Source: a virus
IMG/VR virus record: IMGVR_UViG_3300012682_000002
Location: 1-51,574 of that record
Length of the DNA: 51,574 nt
Reading direction: 5' to 3' (one strand)
A model generated the notes under the pieces. That model worked only from the letters and a program-made list of their open reading frames with translations. It did not search any database and had not been told where the DNA came from. The position numbers and the translations under genes were made by a program. This document shows, piece after piece, positions 1 to 9,144 of the stretch. Within the stretch, counting starts at the first letter, position 1. Each line of letters begins with the position of its first letter.

Positions 1-123
1 CGGTGTGGCGTGGGGCGCAAGGGCGGTCTGGGACGACCTCCACGTCGGCGACGCCATCGAAGATACCGCCGAACGCATCCTCGGCTTCGCCGCCGAGTAG
101 CCGCTGAGGGGCAGCGCCAGCCC
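1..123. repeat. Terminal overlap, identical to 51452-51574 (circular or circularly permuted genome assembly)
   Basis: Bases 1-123 (cggtgtggcgtggggcgcaagg...ggcagcgccagccc) recur base for base at 51452-51574. Unique unit is 51451 bp. Confidence 0.9.
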
Positions 124-184
124 CGCGCACACAAGCAAAGCCCCGGTCCGGGTGCAACCGGCCGGGGCGAGCAGAGGAGACGAG

Positions 185-556
185 ATGAGCGTCACCACCG
201 CCGAGCGCAAGCATAGCCGACAGCCCGCCGCCCCGTACAGCCCGCGCGTGATTCGTGCCGGGTCCGCCTTCTGGGTACGTTCCGAGTCCAAGCCCAACCG
301 CTTCTACGCGGTGATGTTCGAGGGCGAACTGACCCGACCGTGCCGCTGCGGGTACAGCGGCCGCGGCATCGCCATCCCTCATTGTGAATGCGTCGATCAC
401 CTCGGTATTGACGAGGCCGGCGTCCGCTTCCGCGCCACGGTGAAGGTTTGCAAACACGGACGCCGGGCGATGCAGGAACGCGCCGCCCACCCGCCGCGCA
501 CGGTGGCCGAGATCGCGCCGCTCAGTGACCGCGACCTGTATGGCGATGCCGCGTAA
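185..556 (+). CDS. Hypothetical protein with SWIM-like zinc-finger pattern
   Basis: ORF 152-556. ATG 185 follows GAGGAG. Cys/His pattern CRC...HCEC..H...CKH. Convergent with the tail-fibre genes. Confidence 0.5.
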   Translation: MSVTTAERKHSRQPAAPYSPRVIRAGSAFWVRSESKPNRFYAVMFEGELTRPCRCGYSGRGIAIPHCECVDHLGIDEAGVRFRATVKVCKHGRRAMQERAAHPPRTVAEIAPLSDRDLYGDAA

Positions 557-567
557 GCGGCGCAGCA

Positions 568-594
568 GGGGCCGGGGGTGAGGCTCCCGGCCCC
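568..594. terminator. GC-rich hairpin between convergent genes (bidirectional terminator candidate)
   Basis: ggggccggg (568-576) pairs with cccggcccc (586-594): 9-bp perfect stem, 9-nt loop. No clear U tract. Confidence 0.4.
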
Positions 595-672
595 GGCTGG
601 GCGTGGCGGCGGCGTGGGCGCGGGAGCGCCGCTGGCCGTGGACGGATGAGAAGCCAGCAAGGGGCAGGGCAA

Positions 673-1461
673 TCAAATCACGAACGCGCCCACCGGCGGA
701 GCGATAGCGAGCGGTGGAGCGATGTACGGCCCTGGCAACCACAGCCGATGACCGACCATCTGGAATGGATTTGACGAGAGGTTGACGACCTCCCCCTCGC
801 CGAGCTGCCGATCCCAGATGAAGAAGCCGGCGACATCCGCGAGGTCGCCTCCCTGTCCGTGGTGATTGTTCAGGTACAGCACGTTCGTCGTAGAAGTACG
901 AGCACCAGTAAAGGTGCCGGTCCCTCTTCGAATGCCGTTTTGCCAAATCTCGCCGCCGCGTCGTCCGTGCGTAAACACCCAGACGTCATCGCCAAAGGTC
1001 AGGCCGCTCGCCGTTATCCTACCGCCGTTTGTGGCGGTCCCGCCGAAGTCCCAGTAGACAATGCCATCGGAGAACGGGATATGCGCGCCAAAGGCGTCTG
1101 TCCCAGTGGTCGAGACGTTGAAGCCAAAAGCCCCCGATACCCGATTGGTTGCATCCGTCTTCCGGTGGATGATCAGCACCGTGGTTGCAGCGAGTGGTAA
1201 CCATCCGTTACTTGCGCCGTAGCTAAGGTTAGCGGTTATCGCCGTAAAGCGGAGGGCTGACCCCGCGAACTTGCGGCCCGCGTTCCATGCGGTACTGCCG
1301 CCATACGTAGTGGTACGACCCCTTGCTAGATCGTGGGGCTGGCCGCTCCCGCCGGTAAACGGCGACGCCAGCACCAAGCCACGGGCGAGCGGATGATCCC
1401 GATGCAGCTGCGCGCCGAGCATCGGTTTGCGATACGTGAGCGGCAGTGGCGTATTGAGCAT
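673..1461 (-). CDS. Tail-fibre-cluster protein, LamG/concanavalin-A-like jelly-roll domain
   Basis: 262-aa ORF, last gene of the tail-fibre cluster. Segments such as DDVWVFTHGRRGGEIWQNG and FFIWDRQLGEGEV resemble LamG-type lectin folds. Confidence 0.55.
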   Translation of the reverse strand: MLNTPLPLTYRKPMLGAQLHRDHPLARGLVLASPFTGGSGQPHDLARGRTTTYGGSTAWNAGRKFAGSALRFTAITANLSYGASNGWLPLAATTVLIIHRKTDATNRVSGAFGFNVSTTGTDAFGAHIPFSDGIVYWDFGGTATNGGRITASGLTFGDDVWVFTHGRRGGEIWQNGIRRGTGTFTGARTSTTNVLYLNNHHGQGGDLADVAGFFIWDRQLGEGEVVNLSSNPFQMVGHRLWLPGPYIAPPLAIAPPVGAFVI

Positions 1462-1853
1462 CAGACGGTATCAAACGTCCCTTGGCGCGTCCTCACCGTC
1501 ACCGTGACGGATGCGCCGCTATTGTTCGTGACGTGGACCTTGAAGTTGTCCATCTCCCCCGCGCTCACCGCAAACACGCGACGGTAGGTTGCGCTCACCG
1601 CCCGCTCCATCTCAAAGCCCCACGGTTTATCCGCCACCGCCTCGTAGTTGGTGCCGTCCACATCCCGCAGGAGGTACACGATCAGCCCTGCCGTGGCGGT
1701 CGCACCATACACGACCGTTACGCTAATCTCAGTCGCGATCTTGCCATCGTTCGTGATCGCCGCGGTCGTTGCCACAGCCGCATTCGCGACGGCGGAGGCG
1801 TTGATGCTCGTCGCCGCATACGCGGCATCCCAGTTGATCGTGCTAACTGCCAT
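1461..1853 (-). CDS. Hypothetical virion/tail-fibre-associated protein
   Basis: ORF 1461-1898 trimmed to ATG 1853, which follows GGAGG. Stop overlaps the start of the next gene. Sits in the structural cluster. Confidence 0.55.
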   Translation of the reverse strand: MAVSTINWDAAYAATSINASAVANAAVATTAAITNDGKIATEISVTVVYGATATAGLIVYLLRDVDGTNYEAVADKPWGFEMERAVSATYRRVFAVSAGEMDNFKVHVTNNSGASVTVTVRTRQGTFDTV

Positions 1854-2259
1854 TGACGAGCCTCCGTGCCTCGGTGATGTCGCTACCGAAAACGTCACCG
1901 AGGCCCAGTTCCTCTGACCGGGACACTTGCGCCGCCTGCAGCGCTACCAGGCTTGCGCGTGTTGCGGACCCCGCGCCGAACATGTTGACGAGTGAACTCC
2001 GGATGTTCGCCCCCCGAACACTAACCTGGCCCGCGCTCACAATGGTCTGGTAGCGCTGCCGCTCCGCCGCGTTGAGTGCGAGCCAATCGGCAGGCGCTGT
2101 CGCCTCCAGGATCTCCCACGTAGCGATGATGTCGCGCGGACGAGAGCGCGTTTTAGCAGTCATCAAGTCCGCGATCTGTGCGTCCGTTTTACCGCTATAG
2201 CCCAAGCCAGCGGGATCAGTCATCACCTCTGTGTAGAGTGCGCGATAGTCGTCTACCAT
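1843..2259 (-). CDS. Hypothetical protein (tail-fibre cluster)
   Basis: 138-aa ORF, co-directional and tightly packed with the fibre genes. Confidence 0.55.
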   Translation of the reverse strand: MVDDYRALYTEVMTDPAGLGYSGKTDAQIADLMTAKTRSRPRDIIATWEILEATAPADWLALNAAERQRYQTIVSAGQVSVRGANIRSSLVNMFGAGSATRASLVALQAAQVSRSEELGLGDVFGSDITEARRLVNGS

Positions 2260-2269
2260 TTACCGTTCC

Positions 2270-2701
2270 TTATCTCATCTTCCCAACCACTTCGACCATC
2301 AGGTTTGTGCCCGATCCTCCGCCAACCGTAATTGAGAAGTTGAGCACATCCCCCTCACTCAGGGTCACGTCGACGGGATCCGCCGCGACGTACTTTTGGT
2401 TCGCCGCAATGCTCGCCTCGAACGTCGCCGACAGATCCGAGAACGTGACGAGTCCGGCCGACGGCACCCCCCTCCGGACCCTCACGGTGGTGAGCGCCGT
2501 CGGCGCCGTCTTGCTCACGAGCTTGAGCCGCATCGCCGTCATGTTGAACGGCACCACGACGTAGAAATCGGCGAGATCCGCCGCCGCGGCCGGGATCGTG
2601 CCCGCCACGCCCATCGTGAGCGCGGCCTGGTGCGCCACCGTCTGCTCCGACGCGTCGGGAAACCCCACCGGCGAGAGGTTGAGGATCGCGGTTGTCGCCA
2701 T
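2270..2701 (-). CDS. Hypothetical protein (tail-fibre cluster)
   Basis: 143-aa ORF immediately downstream of the tail-fibre gene. Stop/start are adjacent at 2701/2702. Confidence 0.55.
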   Translation of the reverse strand: MATTAILNLSPVGFPDASEQTVAHQAALTMGVAGTIPAAAADLADFYVVVPFNMTAMRLKLVSKTAPTALTTVRVRRGVPSAGLVTFSDLSATFEASIAANQKYVAADPVDVTLSEGDVLNFSITVGGGSGTNLMVEVVGKMR

Positions 2702-4099
2702 CTAGCTCACCACCGCCCGGTACTGTGCCGCCGTGGGCGCGGTGGCGAATCTAATTGTGCATGTGTTCGTGCTCGTGCGCTCGACGATGGCGTTGACCGT
2801 CTCCCGATCGCCAGAGTTGCGGAACACCTGGACGGTGACATCGTAGCTGCCGATATTGTGCGTCAGCACAAAGGCCGTCGCCGACGCATCGCCCATGTCA
2901 AAGCCTTGCGGCGCGGCGCGGACACCGAGACTGGTGCGCGCGGTCGCCGCTGTTGTACCGGCCGTGCCGCCGTTGGCGATCGGCAGGGAGCCAGTCACTT
3001 TGGTCGTCAGATCAATCGACCCGGCGAGCATGGCGTTAGTGACGCCGAGCGCCTTCACCCGGAGGGCGTCGGCGTTGATCTCCAGGCTGGCGTTATCGGC
3101 GGCCACGTCGAGCGTGTCACCCGTCTTGGTGAGCGCGGCGCCCGCCGTAATCTGACCCGCGCCGCTGTACTGCGTAAAGACGAGCGCGGTCGTGTTGAGT
3201 GTGATCGGGTCATCGGTGGTGAGCACCCAGGCCGTATTGCCCTGGGACGTACCCTCACTCGCAAACGTATAGAGGCCCGCCGACACCTCGGCGGTGACGT
3301 CCGCATCGGTGGTGCGCGTCAGCGTCCACGGGGCGGCGCCGCTGCCCACGGCCGACACGGAGTAGAGGCCGTTGTTGGCGCCGGTCGCCTCATCCTTGAC
3401 GAGCAGCCGATCGCCCACGATCAGAGTGGCGCCATCCTGTGCGGCGAGCGCGGCATTCGCCGATGCCGTGAGCACGTTGCCAGACCGGGTATTGGCCGGC
3501 AACGCCGCCGTCGTGGCGGCGCGGACGCTGCCCTTGACGTCCAGCCCCTCGCGCACGGCCTGATCGACGTAGCGTTTATTGGCGCCGTCCGTGTCGGCGG
3601 TCGGGTCGGCGAGCGTGGTTAGCCGCTGCGAGTTGAGCGACACCACCGCCGTAGGCGCGGCCATCTGGTCGAGGCGTGAGGTCCGCACCTGCGTATCAAA
3701 GTCCGAGACGGTCGCGGCGAGCTGCGTGCCGGTGTGATTGGCGCGGGCGAGCGGATCGACGGCGAGTTTGTTCAACGCGATCGCGGCCGATGCGGAGATG
3801 TGCGCATTGGTGATGCCGAGCAAGGCAATACCGACAGTCGGGTCGGCGGCGGTACCGGCGATCGTGATCGTCGTGTTGGTTGCCGTCACGGACTGGACGC
3901 CGCTCGCGCTGGCGGTAGTTGTAATGACGTACGTCACGCTGCCAGCCCGGAATTTATAAAGGTTTGTCGTGGTGTTGAGCCAGAACAAGCCATCGGCCGG
4001 CGTGGCGGGGTCGGAGGCCAGCATGTGCAGTCGCACATTCTGGATCTCCAGGCTATTCATATCGACCGGAGACAGGAACGGAATCACGCCGGTTGCCAT
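2702..4099 (-). CDS. Tail fibre protein
   Basis: 465 aa. The N-terminus (MATGVIPFLSPVDMNSLEIQNVRLH..DGLFWLNTTTNLYKF), NKRYVDQAV and LPIANGGTAGTTAATARTSLGV are classic phage tail-fibre motifs. Confidence 0.8.
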   Translation of the reverse strand: MATGVIPFLSPVDMNSLEIQNVRLHMLASDPATPADGLFWLNTTTNLYKFRAGSVTYVITTTASASGVQSVTATNTTITIAGTAADPTVGIALLGITNAHISASAAIALNKLAVDPLARANHTGTQLAATVSDFDTQVRTSRLDQMAAPTAVVSLNSQRLTTLADPTADTDGANKRYVDQAVREGLDVKGSVRAATTAALPANTRSGNVLTASANAALAAQDGATLIVGDRLLVKDEATGANNGLYSVSAVGSGAAPWTLTRTTDADVTAEVSAGLYTFASEGTSQGNTAWVLTTDDPITLNTTALVFTQYSGAGQITAGAALTKTGDTLDVAADNASLEINADALRVKALGVTNAMLAGSIDLTTKVTGSLPIANGGTAGTTAATARTSLGVRAAPQGFDMGDASATAFVLTHNIGSYDVTVQVFRNSGDRETVNAIVERTSTNTCTIRFATAPTAAQYRAVVS

Positions 4100-4108
4100 A
4101 GAAGCCTC

Positions 4109-4486
4109 CTAGATTGCGGTCGCTTTGCCTGAGAAAGCGCCGGCCGATCGCGAACGAGACGAGTTAATGGTGAGATGGTCGATCACGGTACCGACCACGC
4201 GGCCGGTCGAGTCGCGCACCTGGATGATCGGCTCATGGCCGAGATTGTGAACGATTGTCCACTCGTCCGCCGGCGTTGACTGGATGTGCTCATAGGGCGT
4301 GCCGCCAGTAGCGCCGGTCGGCCCTTGCGGCCCCGCGGGTCCGGCTGGCCCGGTCGCTCCCTGCGGGCCGCTGGGGCCCGCCTCGATCACTTCCGTCACC
4401 GTCTCCACGACAACGACGGCGCTCTCGGTCGTGACCTCGCTCGCCGTTAAGATCGCTTGGCTGATGACGAGGACGGCGTCGCTCAC
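4109..4486 (-). CDS. Collagen-like tail-fibre protein
   Basis: 125 aa with Gly-X-Y run GPSGPQGATGPAGPAGPQGPTGATGG. Adjacent to the tail fibre gene. Confidence 0.75.
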   Translation of the reverse strand: MSDAVLVISQAILTASEVTTESAVVVVETVTEVIEAGPSGPQGATGPAGPAGPQGPTGATGGTPYEHIQSTPADEWTIVHNLGHEPIIQVRDSTGRVVGTVIDHLTINSSRSRSAGAFSGKATAI

Positions 4487-5058
4487 CGCGCCACCCCCGA
4501 CCGCACGGCAATCGTGCCGGCCGCCACGGGCAGGACCGCGCCGCTCGCCGCGATCAGTTCCAGTTCGTAGACCGCGCGCCGCCAGGTGACGCTGAGCGGC
4601 GCCGTTGCGGACTTACTGAAGCGGATCACGATGCTGCCGTCCGCGCCGCCGAGCATCAGGCCGCCGTCTTCGCTCGTCAACGTGAGCAGTGTCGCCGCCG
4701 TGTCCGCCGCGTCGCGGACGTGGAGCCGGGCGGTATAACCCGTGGTGTCGATTGGCATACCGGCCCGCCCGCCGCCGGTGTAGACCCCCGGTGCAGGCAT
4801 CGTCAGCGTGAACGACCGCGCATCCGGCACGGCGAGCACGAGCCAGCCGCCGTTGACGCCTTCCGCGCCGGTCACGCCAGCGACGCGCACCCGCCCGGCG
4901 GCGGCGAGTCCGTGTGGCGTCGAGGTCGTGATCGTCGGATTGGTAGTATTCGTGACCGCCGTGATCCGCGCCGTGGCGGGGAGGTACCAAATCGTGTGGA
5001 CCTCGGTCTTGCCGTCCACAAGGGCACGCGGGCCAGTGAAGTCGTAACTAGCGACCAT
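4483..5058 (-). CDS. Tail/baseplate protein with small beta-barrel motif
   Basis: ORF 4483-5073 trimmed to ATG 5058, which follows GGGAGGGG. ITTSTPHGLAAAGRVRVAGVTGAEGVNGGWLV resembles a barrel module recurrent in phage fibre/baseplate proteins. Confidence 0.6.
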   Translation of the reverse strand: MVASYDFTGPRALVDGKTEVHTIWYLPATARITAVTNTTNPTITTSTPHGLAAAGRVRVAGVTGAEGVNGGWLVLAVPDARSFTLTMPAPGVYTGGGRAGMPIDTTGYTARLHVRDAADTAATLLTLTSEDGGLMLGGADGSIVIRFSKSATAPLSVTWRRAVYELELIAASGAVLPVAAGTIAVRSGVAR

Positions 5059-5130
5059 GCGCCCCTCCCTCAATCATGCCGCACGCTGGGCGTGTCTCAG
5101 AACGTCTCAAAAAGTCTCAGCGTCCGCGGG

Positions 5131-5706
5131 CTAGTACGCGCGAAACCGTCCCGCGCGCGCGCCCGTATCGCCGCCGCGCGCGGCGGCCGCCACCACCTCG
5201 CCCGCCGCGAACACCTTCGCCTCGGCGACGCGCGCCGTCCCCTCCGCCGCTTTGCGGTCCACGAGCGCCTGGCTAAGCACGTAAACGACCGTGCTCACCG
5301 TCGCAATCGCCCCCGCCCACTCCGCCGGCAGTACGTTGGTCAGCCCGGCGACCACCGCGCCCACCGTCGCCAGCACGGTGATCCAGAGCTTGCGGCTGTA
5401 AAGTTTGGCGAGGAATTGGCTCCCCGTGATCGGTCGCTCCTCGATGGCGACGATGCGGCGAACGTGATCGGCATCAACGGCGGCCTGGCGCATGTCCGTT
5501 TCGTGCAGGTCGGTGATGCGCTCGTTGGTCACGGCGATCTCGGCGCGCAGCGAATCGAGCATGCCGTCGCCCGGATCGCTCGGCGGCGCGGGGAAGGGCG
5601 GCGGCGGTGGGGGCGAGACGATGCGCGAGGGGCTGGGTGGCGTTTCGATCTGCGCCGTCGTCGCACCGCTCCGCGTGAACGTCGTGGGCATGAGGTTATC
5701 CATCAT
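5131..5706 (-). CDS. Putative holin-like membrane protein
   Basis: ORF 5131-6063 trimmed to ATG 5706, an ATGA overlap with the amidase stop. Two hydrophobic helices (LWITVLATVGAVVAGLTNVL, WAGAIATVSTVVYVLSQALV). Pro-rich N-terminus. Confidence 0.55.
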   Translation of the reverse strand: MMDNLMPTTFTRSGATTAQIETPPSPSRIVSPPPPPPFPAPPSDPGDGMLDSLRAEIAVTNERITDLHETDMRQAAVDADHVRRIVAIEERPITGSQFLAKLYSRKLWITVLATVGAVVAGLTNVLPAEWAGAIATVSTVVYVLSQALVDRKAAEGTARVAEAKVFAAGEVVAAAARGGDTGARAGRFRAY

Positions 5707-6452
5707 CAGCCTCCGATGATCGTCTTGATGTTGTCGCGTTGGATGGTGAGCGCATCGGCCACCGTGCCGGTGTAGGCGGCGAGATCGCGCACGTAGGTTG
5801 ACCACTGATCGAGCGCCGCCGCCTGCACCGTGAGCGCGTCCAGATACTCGCGCTCGCGGGTGGGTACGGGCGTCGGTTCCGGCTGCGGCTGCGCACCGGC
5901 GATGATCGCATTGATCCGCGCGATGTATGCCGCCATGCGCGCCTCGCCCCAGCCGTTGCAGCGCGGTCGGGAGAGGGGCGAGATGTCGGAGTGAGAGAGG
6001 ACGTGGGCGCGATCGACGGGGACCAGACTCCCCATCTCCGGCAGCACCACCGCACAGAGCCACGCGGAAAGCTGCGCGCTCGCCTCGAACTGCGCTGCCG
6101 TCGGCGGCGAGCCGTTGCCGAGATCATCGTGCTCGATCGAAACGGTAAGCCAGTTTGGGTTAGCGCCGGGATTCTGATCAATCAACGCCGCCGTGTACCC
6201 CGCCTCGATCACGCCGTTGGCAAAGGGCGCAGTAGCGACCGGGTGATACTGATGTATCTCACCAATGCGACCGACGCCGAAATGTGTCCCCGCTTTGCTC
6301 GCCGGGTTTGCAAACCAGGAGTCACACGCGGCTAGGGTGCCCGCCATAGTGTGCACGCAGACCGCTTCCGGTCGGTAGCCGTTGCGCGTGAGATAGCGGT
6401 TGTTCGGATGCCCCGGCACTTGGGTCATGGGTGGGCGGGTGAGCGGCATCAC
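5706..6452 (-). CDS. N-acetylmuramoyl-L-alanine amidase (Amidase_2/PGRP-type endolysin)
   Basis: 248 aa. AVCVHTMAG, WLTVSIEHDD and AHVLSHSDISP..C fit the zinc-amidase pattern of T7-lysozyme-like endolysins. Confidence 0.8.
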   Translation of the reverse strand: MMPLTRPPMTQVPGHPNNRYLTRNGYRPEAVCVHTMAGTLAACDSWFANPASKAGTHFGVGRIGEIHQYHPVATAPFANGVIEAGYTAALIDQNPGANPNWLTVSIEHDDLGNGSPPTAAQFEASAQLSAWLCAVVLPEMGSLVPVDRAHVLSHSDISPLSRPRCNGWGEARMAAYIARINAIIAGAQPQPEPTPVPTREREYLDALTVQAAALDQWSTYVRDLAAYTGTVADALTIQRDNIKTIIGG

Positions 6453-6817
6453 GCCATCTCCTTGAGCACGGTCGCAAGGTCGCGGCCATCGTCCAGCGTG
6501 ACGCGCGCAACATAGCGGGCGAAGCTGGTTCGACTCTTATCGCTGTGGAGCGTGATCAACGTCCCCGGCGGTATCAGCGCCAGCAGCCGCTCGCGCGCCG
6601 CCGCGCCCGCTTCGCGGTCATCGCCGCTGAATAGCTCCGGCGCGTTGTAATCCATCAGCCGGAAAGAGTGTGTCGTGGTGACGTAGAAACCAAGCGAAAC
6701 TTCAGCGATGAAGGTATCGCCGTCTACCACCCGCACCACCGTGGCACGGAAGCGCCAAGGGATGTACGGCGGCAGCGGAGGCGCTGGCGGCACATCGATC
6801 ACAACGTCGCCTCCCAC
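6449..6817 (-). CDS. Staphylococcal-nuclease (SNase/thermonuclease)-fold protein
   Basis: 122 aa. VVRVVDGDTF, RLMDYNAPE and FARYVARVTLDDGRDL follow the SNase pattern (VDGDT / RLxGIDAPE / YGRxLAxV). GTG start. Confidence 0.6.
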   Translation of the reverse strand: MGGDVVIDVPPAPPLPPYIPWRFRATVVRVVDGDTFIAEVSLGFYVTTTHSFRLMDYNAPELFSGDDREAGAAARERLLALIPPGTLITLHSDKSRTSFARYVARVTLDDGRDLATVLKEMA

Positions 6818-6960
6818 ACCCGAATCGCCGCGCGTATGTCGCCGTAGCGCAGGATCACGTCGCCATCAAGCCCGTCACGGTAGATCCAGATCTCACGGTC
6901 GCCGCGCGGATCAGCAGCGATGGTACGCAGGGCGAGCATGAGGACGGAGATTGGGTCCAT
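6799..6960 (-). CDS. Small hypothetical protein (53 aa, below the ORF-track cutoff)
   Basis: Hand translation: MDPISVLMLALRTIAADPRGDREIWIYRDGLDGDVILRYGDIRAAIRVWEATL*. Fills the gap between neighbouring genes with start/stop overlaps. Confidence 0.4.
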   Translation of the reverse strand: MDPISVLMLALRTIAADPRGDREIWIYRDGLDGDVILRYGDIRAAIRVWEATL

Positions 6961-7145
6961 TACCGCACCTCACGATGTATGTATTCGGGACGCTCATCCG
7001 TCAGGGGGTCCACGTACGTTGGCTTCATCATCGGTTCAGGGCTACCGCACTCTGGATGTGGCTTGATGGTGAGCGAACGCGGTCCGATGTACTGACACTG
7101 GTAGATAACTCGCCCGCAACTGCACTCGACTCGCTCATGCGCCAC
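6960..7145 (-). CDS. Small Cys-rich hypothetical protein
   Basis: 61-aa ORF (CSCGRVIYQCQ...HPEC), overlap-coupled to both neighbours. Confidence 0.45.
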   Translation of the reverse strand: MAHERVECSCGRVIYQCQYIGPRSLTIKPHPECGSPEPMMKPTYVDPLTDERPEYIHREVR

Positions 7146-8227
7146 TACGCGACCTCCTCACTGATCCGTCCCGCGATCCAGTTCGAGGCGACAACGCCGC
7201 ACTCGGCGTACCATCGCTCGATGTCCGTGGCGGCGCGCGCGTGAGCATTGCGGTAGGAGGCGACGCCGCTCAGCGCCACGGCGAGCGCCTGGTCTTTCTG
7301 GTTGAGTACGGGATCGGGTAGCGGTTCCGGCTGGGGGTCGGGTTGCGGGTCGGGTTGCGGGTCGGGCGGCGGCGTCGGGTCAGGCGCCGGTTCGGGCAGG
7401 AGCTCGCGCCGGGTCACGTTGACGCCGCCGATCACCCACGAGTCGGGGATATGGATGCCGCCCTGGTCGTATGGGATGGCATAGAACTCCTCGCCCAGCC
7501 ACGCGCGCCCGTCCATGCCAAAACCGCGCGTCCACCAGTTCTTGATCAGGAACTCGACGCGCCCGTCCGCCCGCCGTCGGTAGCCCTTGATCGTCATGGC
7601 GTGACCGCCCCACGGCCGTGCCGGGTTGGGCAGCGGGACGCGCCCCTCGCGGTCAGGCTGAAAGGTGCCGGTCAGGTTGATCACGAGGTTGACATCTTGA
7701 CCGCCCACGATCGCCTGCATCACCTGCTCGATGTTGGCGCAGACGCGGTGATCGGCAATGCGGATGCCGGCGGCGAGGGCGCGTTCGGCGTCGGTCCAGA
7801 CACGCGAGAGGCCGCCCTGTCGGTAGGGCCAGTCCCGCTCCAGGAGGTCGCCGACGCCGCGGCCGTGGTCAAAATACAAGCGCGGATAGGTGCCGGTGTT
7901 CTGGCCGAGTGCGCCCATCTCGGCAAGGACGGCGAGGTACGCCGCGCCTTCGGAGAGATCGGGGCGGATACCCATCGCCTTGAGGCGCCCCTTGAGAATG
8001 TTGGCGTAGGCCCAGGCAGCGCAGGAACCGATATCCTCCTGATTGTCATCGTTCTCGTCGGTGTCCCACGCGCTCGGCGTGTACGCCTCCGCTGGCAGGT
8101 CCGCCGCCGGCAGCGGCACGGCGGGTGCGAAGGCCCAGTCCTTGCCGTTTTGGGGCGAGGGCGTCACGCTGGGGCGGTAGTAGTCGAGGAGGTTGGTCCC
8201 CGGCGCAAGGGATGGATTCTTGGTCAT
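7145..8227 (-). CDS. Papain-like (C1-type) cysteine peptidase, probable second lytic enzyme
   Basis: 360 aa. DIGSCAAWAYA (Cys), WGGHAMTIKGY (His) and FLIKNWWTRGFGMDGRAWL (Asn-Trp) match the papain triad order. PDPQ-repeat linker precedes a C-terminal domain. Confidence 0.65.
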   Translation of the reverse strand: MTKNPSLAPGTNLLDYYRPSVTPSPQNGKDWAFAPAVPLPAADLPAEAYTPSAWDTDENDDNQEDIGSCAAWAYANILKGRLKAMGIRPDLSEGAAYLAVLAEMGALGQNTGTYPRLYFDHGRGVGDLLERDWPYRQGGLSRVWTDAERALAAGIRIADHRVCANIEQVMQAIVGGQDVNLVINLTGTFQPDREGRVPLPNPARPWGGHAMTIKGYRRRADGRVEFLIKNWWTRGFGMDGRAWLGEEFYAIPYDQGGIHIPDSWVIGGVNVTRRELLPEPAPDPTPPPDPQPDPQPDPQPEPLPDPVLNQKDQALAVALSGVASYRNAHARAATDIERWYAECGVVASNWIAGRISEEVA

Positions 8228-8388
8228 GACTCCTCCTCAAATGCCTGGCGCATGGCCGGCAGAACCCGCGCGCGGACGCGGCCGTTCGTGGCGTGGTAAC
8301 AGCCGATGCACACGTACCGATCCCGTCCGACGCGGGACCAGAGGTCGTCGAGCTCATGCTCGAAACGGCAGATGCAGCAGGTGAACAC
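8224..8388 (-). CDS. Small zinc-ribbon-like protein
   Basis: ORF 8224-8448. CCICRF...CIGC pairs. GTG 8388 avoids a 53-nt overlap with the upstream gene, so the start is uncertain. Confidence 0.4.
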   Translation of the reverse strand: MFTCCICRFEHELDDLWSRVGRDRYVCIGCYHATNGRVRARVLPAMRQAFEEES

Positions 8389-8395
8389 CGCTCCC

Positions 8396-8683
8396 CTACC
8401 GCGCCCGCGTGGCGAGGGAAGGTTTTGGCGTGACCGAGACGAGGACACCCCACAAGCGATAAACCGTGCGGCGCGAAACGCCGAGCATTACCGCCGCATC
8501 AGTCATCGTCATGCCGCTCTCGATCAGCGGCCCCAGTGCCGCCGCTTGGCCGAGCGCGCGCGCCCGCCCCGGCGGCATCTCGTAGCGGCAGACGGGGAGG
8601 CTACACGATAAGCACGAGGGCTCCAGGTCGCAGCCCTTATCGCGAAAGGTCGTGTTCTCCGGCAACCCTGGGCGCGTGCTCAT
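8396..8683 (-). CDS. Helix-turn-helix DNA-binding protein with N-terminal Cys cluster
   Basis: ORF 8396-8737 trimmed to ATG 8683 (ATGA overlap). CDLEPSCLSCSLPVC cluster, then HTH MTDAAVMLGVSRRTVYRLW. Confidence 0.6.
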   Translation of the reverse strand: MSTRPGLPENTTFRDKGCDLEPSCLSCSLPVCRYEMPPGRARALGQAAALGPLIESGMTMTDAAVMLGVSRRTVYRLWGVLVSVTPKPSLATRAR

Positions 8684-9144
8684 GGCGCCTTCACCACGAA
8701 CATTTCCGTGCGCCAAGGCACGAGATGGGTCTTCCACTTGGTCGGCACGCTCGCCACGCCCTTGATGTAGTATTCGCCCGGCTCCGTGTTCACCGGCACG
8801 GTATGGATGAGGCTGGTCACCGTGGCGCAGCCGCGATCGATGGTTGAACCACTCCCTTCGAGCGGGAAGATTGCGCCATCGCTGACGCGCACGAGGCTGC
8901 GCGTGAAGGTGTACGACACCGGCGACTCCGCGCGGTTGCAGCGGTTCACTTCGATCCGCAACTGCTCGCCGGCACGGACGGGGCTATTGAGCACGGGGAA
9001 AGGGATGTTCTGGTAGGAAAGCGGCGCAACGGAGCGGCGCGCTTGGCACGACGGATAGAGCGCAATACCGCCGGAGAGGAGCACGAGTACCATGCCGGCG
9101 AGAAGGATGATCGCCATGCGTCGCGTGATCATCTGGTTGCTCAT
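8680..9144 (-). CDS. Membrane-anchored hypothetical protein
   Basis: 154 aa. N-terminal signal-anchor MAIILLAGMVLVLLSGGIAL followed by a beta-rich domain. Confidence 0.55.
   Translation of the reverse strand: MSNQMITRRMAIILLAGMVLVLLSGGIALYPSCQARRSVAPLSYQNIPFPVLNSPVRAGEQLRIEVNRCNRAESPVSYTFTRSLVRVSDGAIFPLEGSGSTIDRGCATVTSLIHTVPVNTEPGEYYIKGVASVPTKWKTHLVPWRTEMFVVKAP

Noticed and set aside
2396-3622. Long plus-strand ORFs opposite the structural genes (for example 2396-3622, 12254-13897, 16728-17831, 19075-20298 and 22652-23608)
   Set aside because: Their translations are Arg/Pro/Gly/Ala-rich low-complexity sequence, typical of non-coding frames in GC-rich DNA. Each is fully overlapped by a recognisable minus-strand gene.
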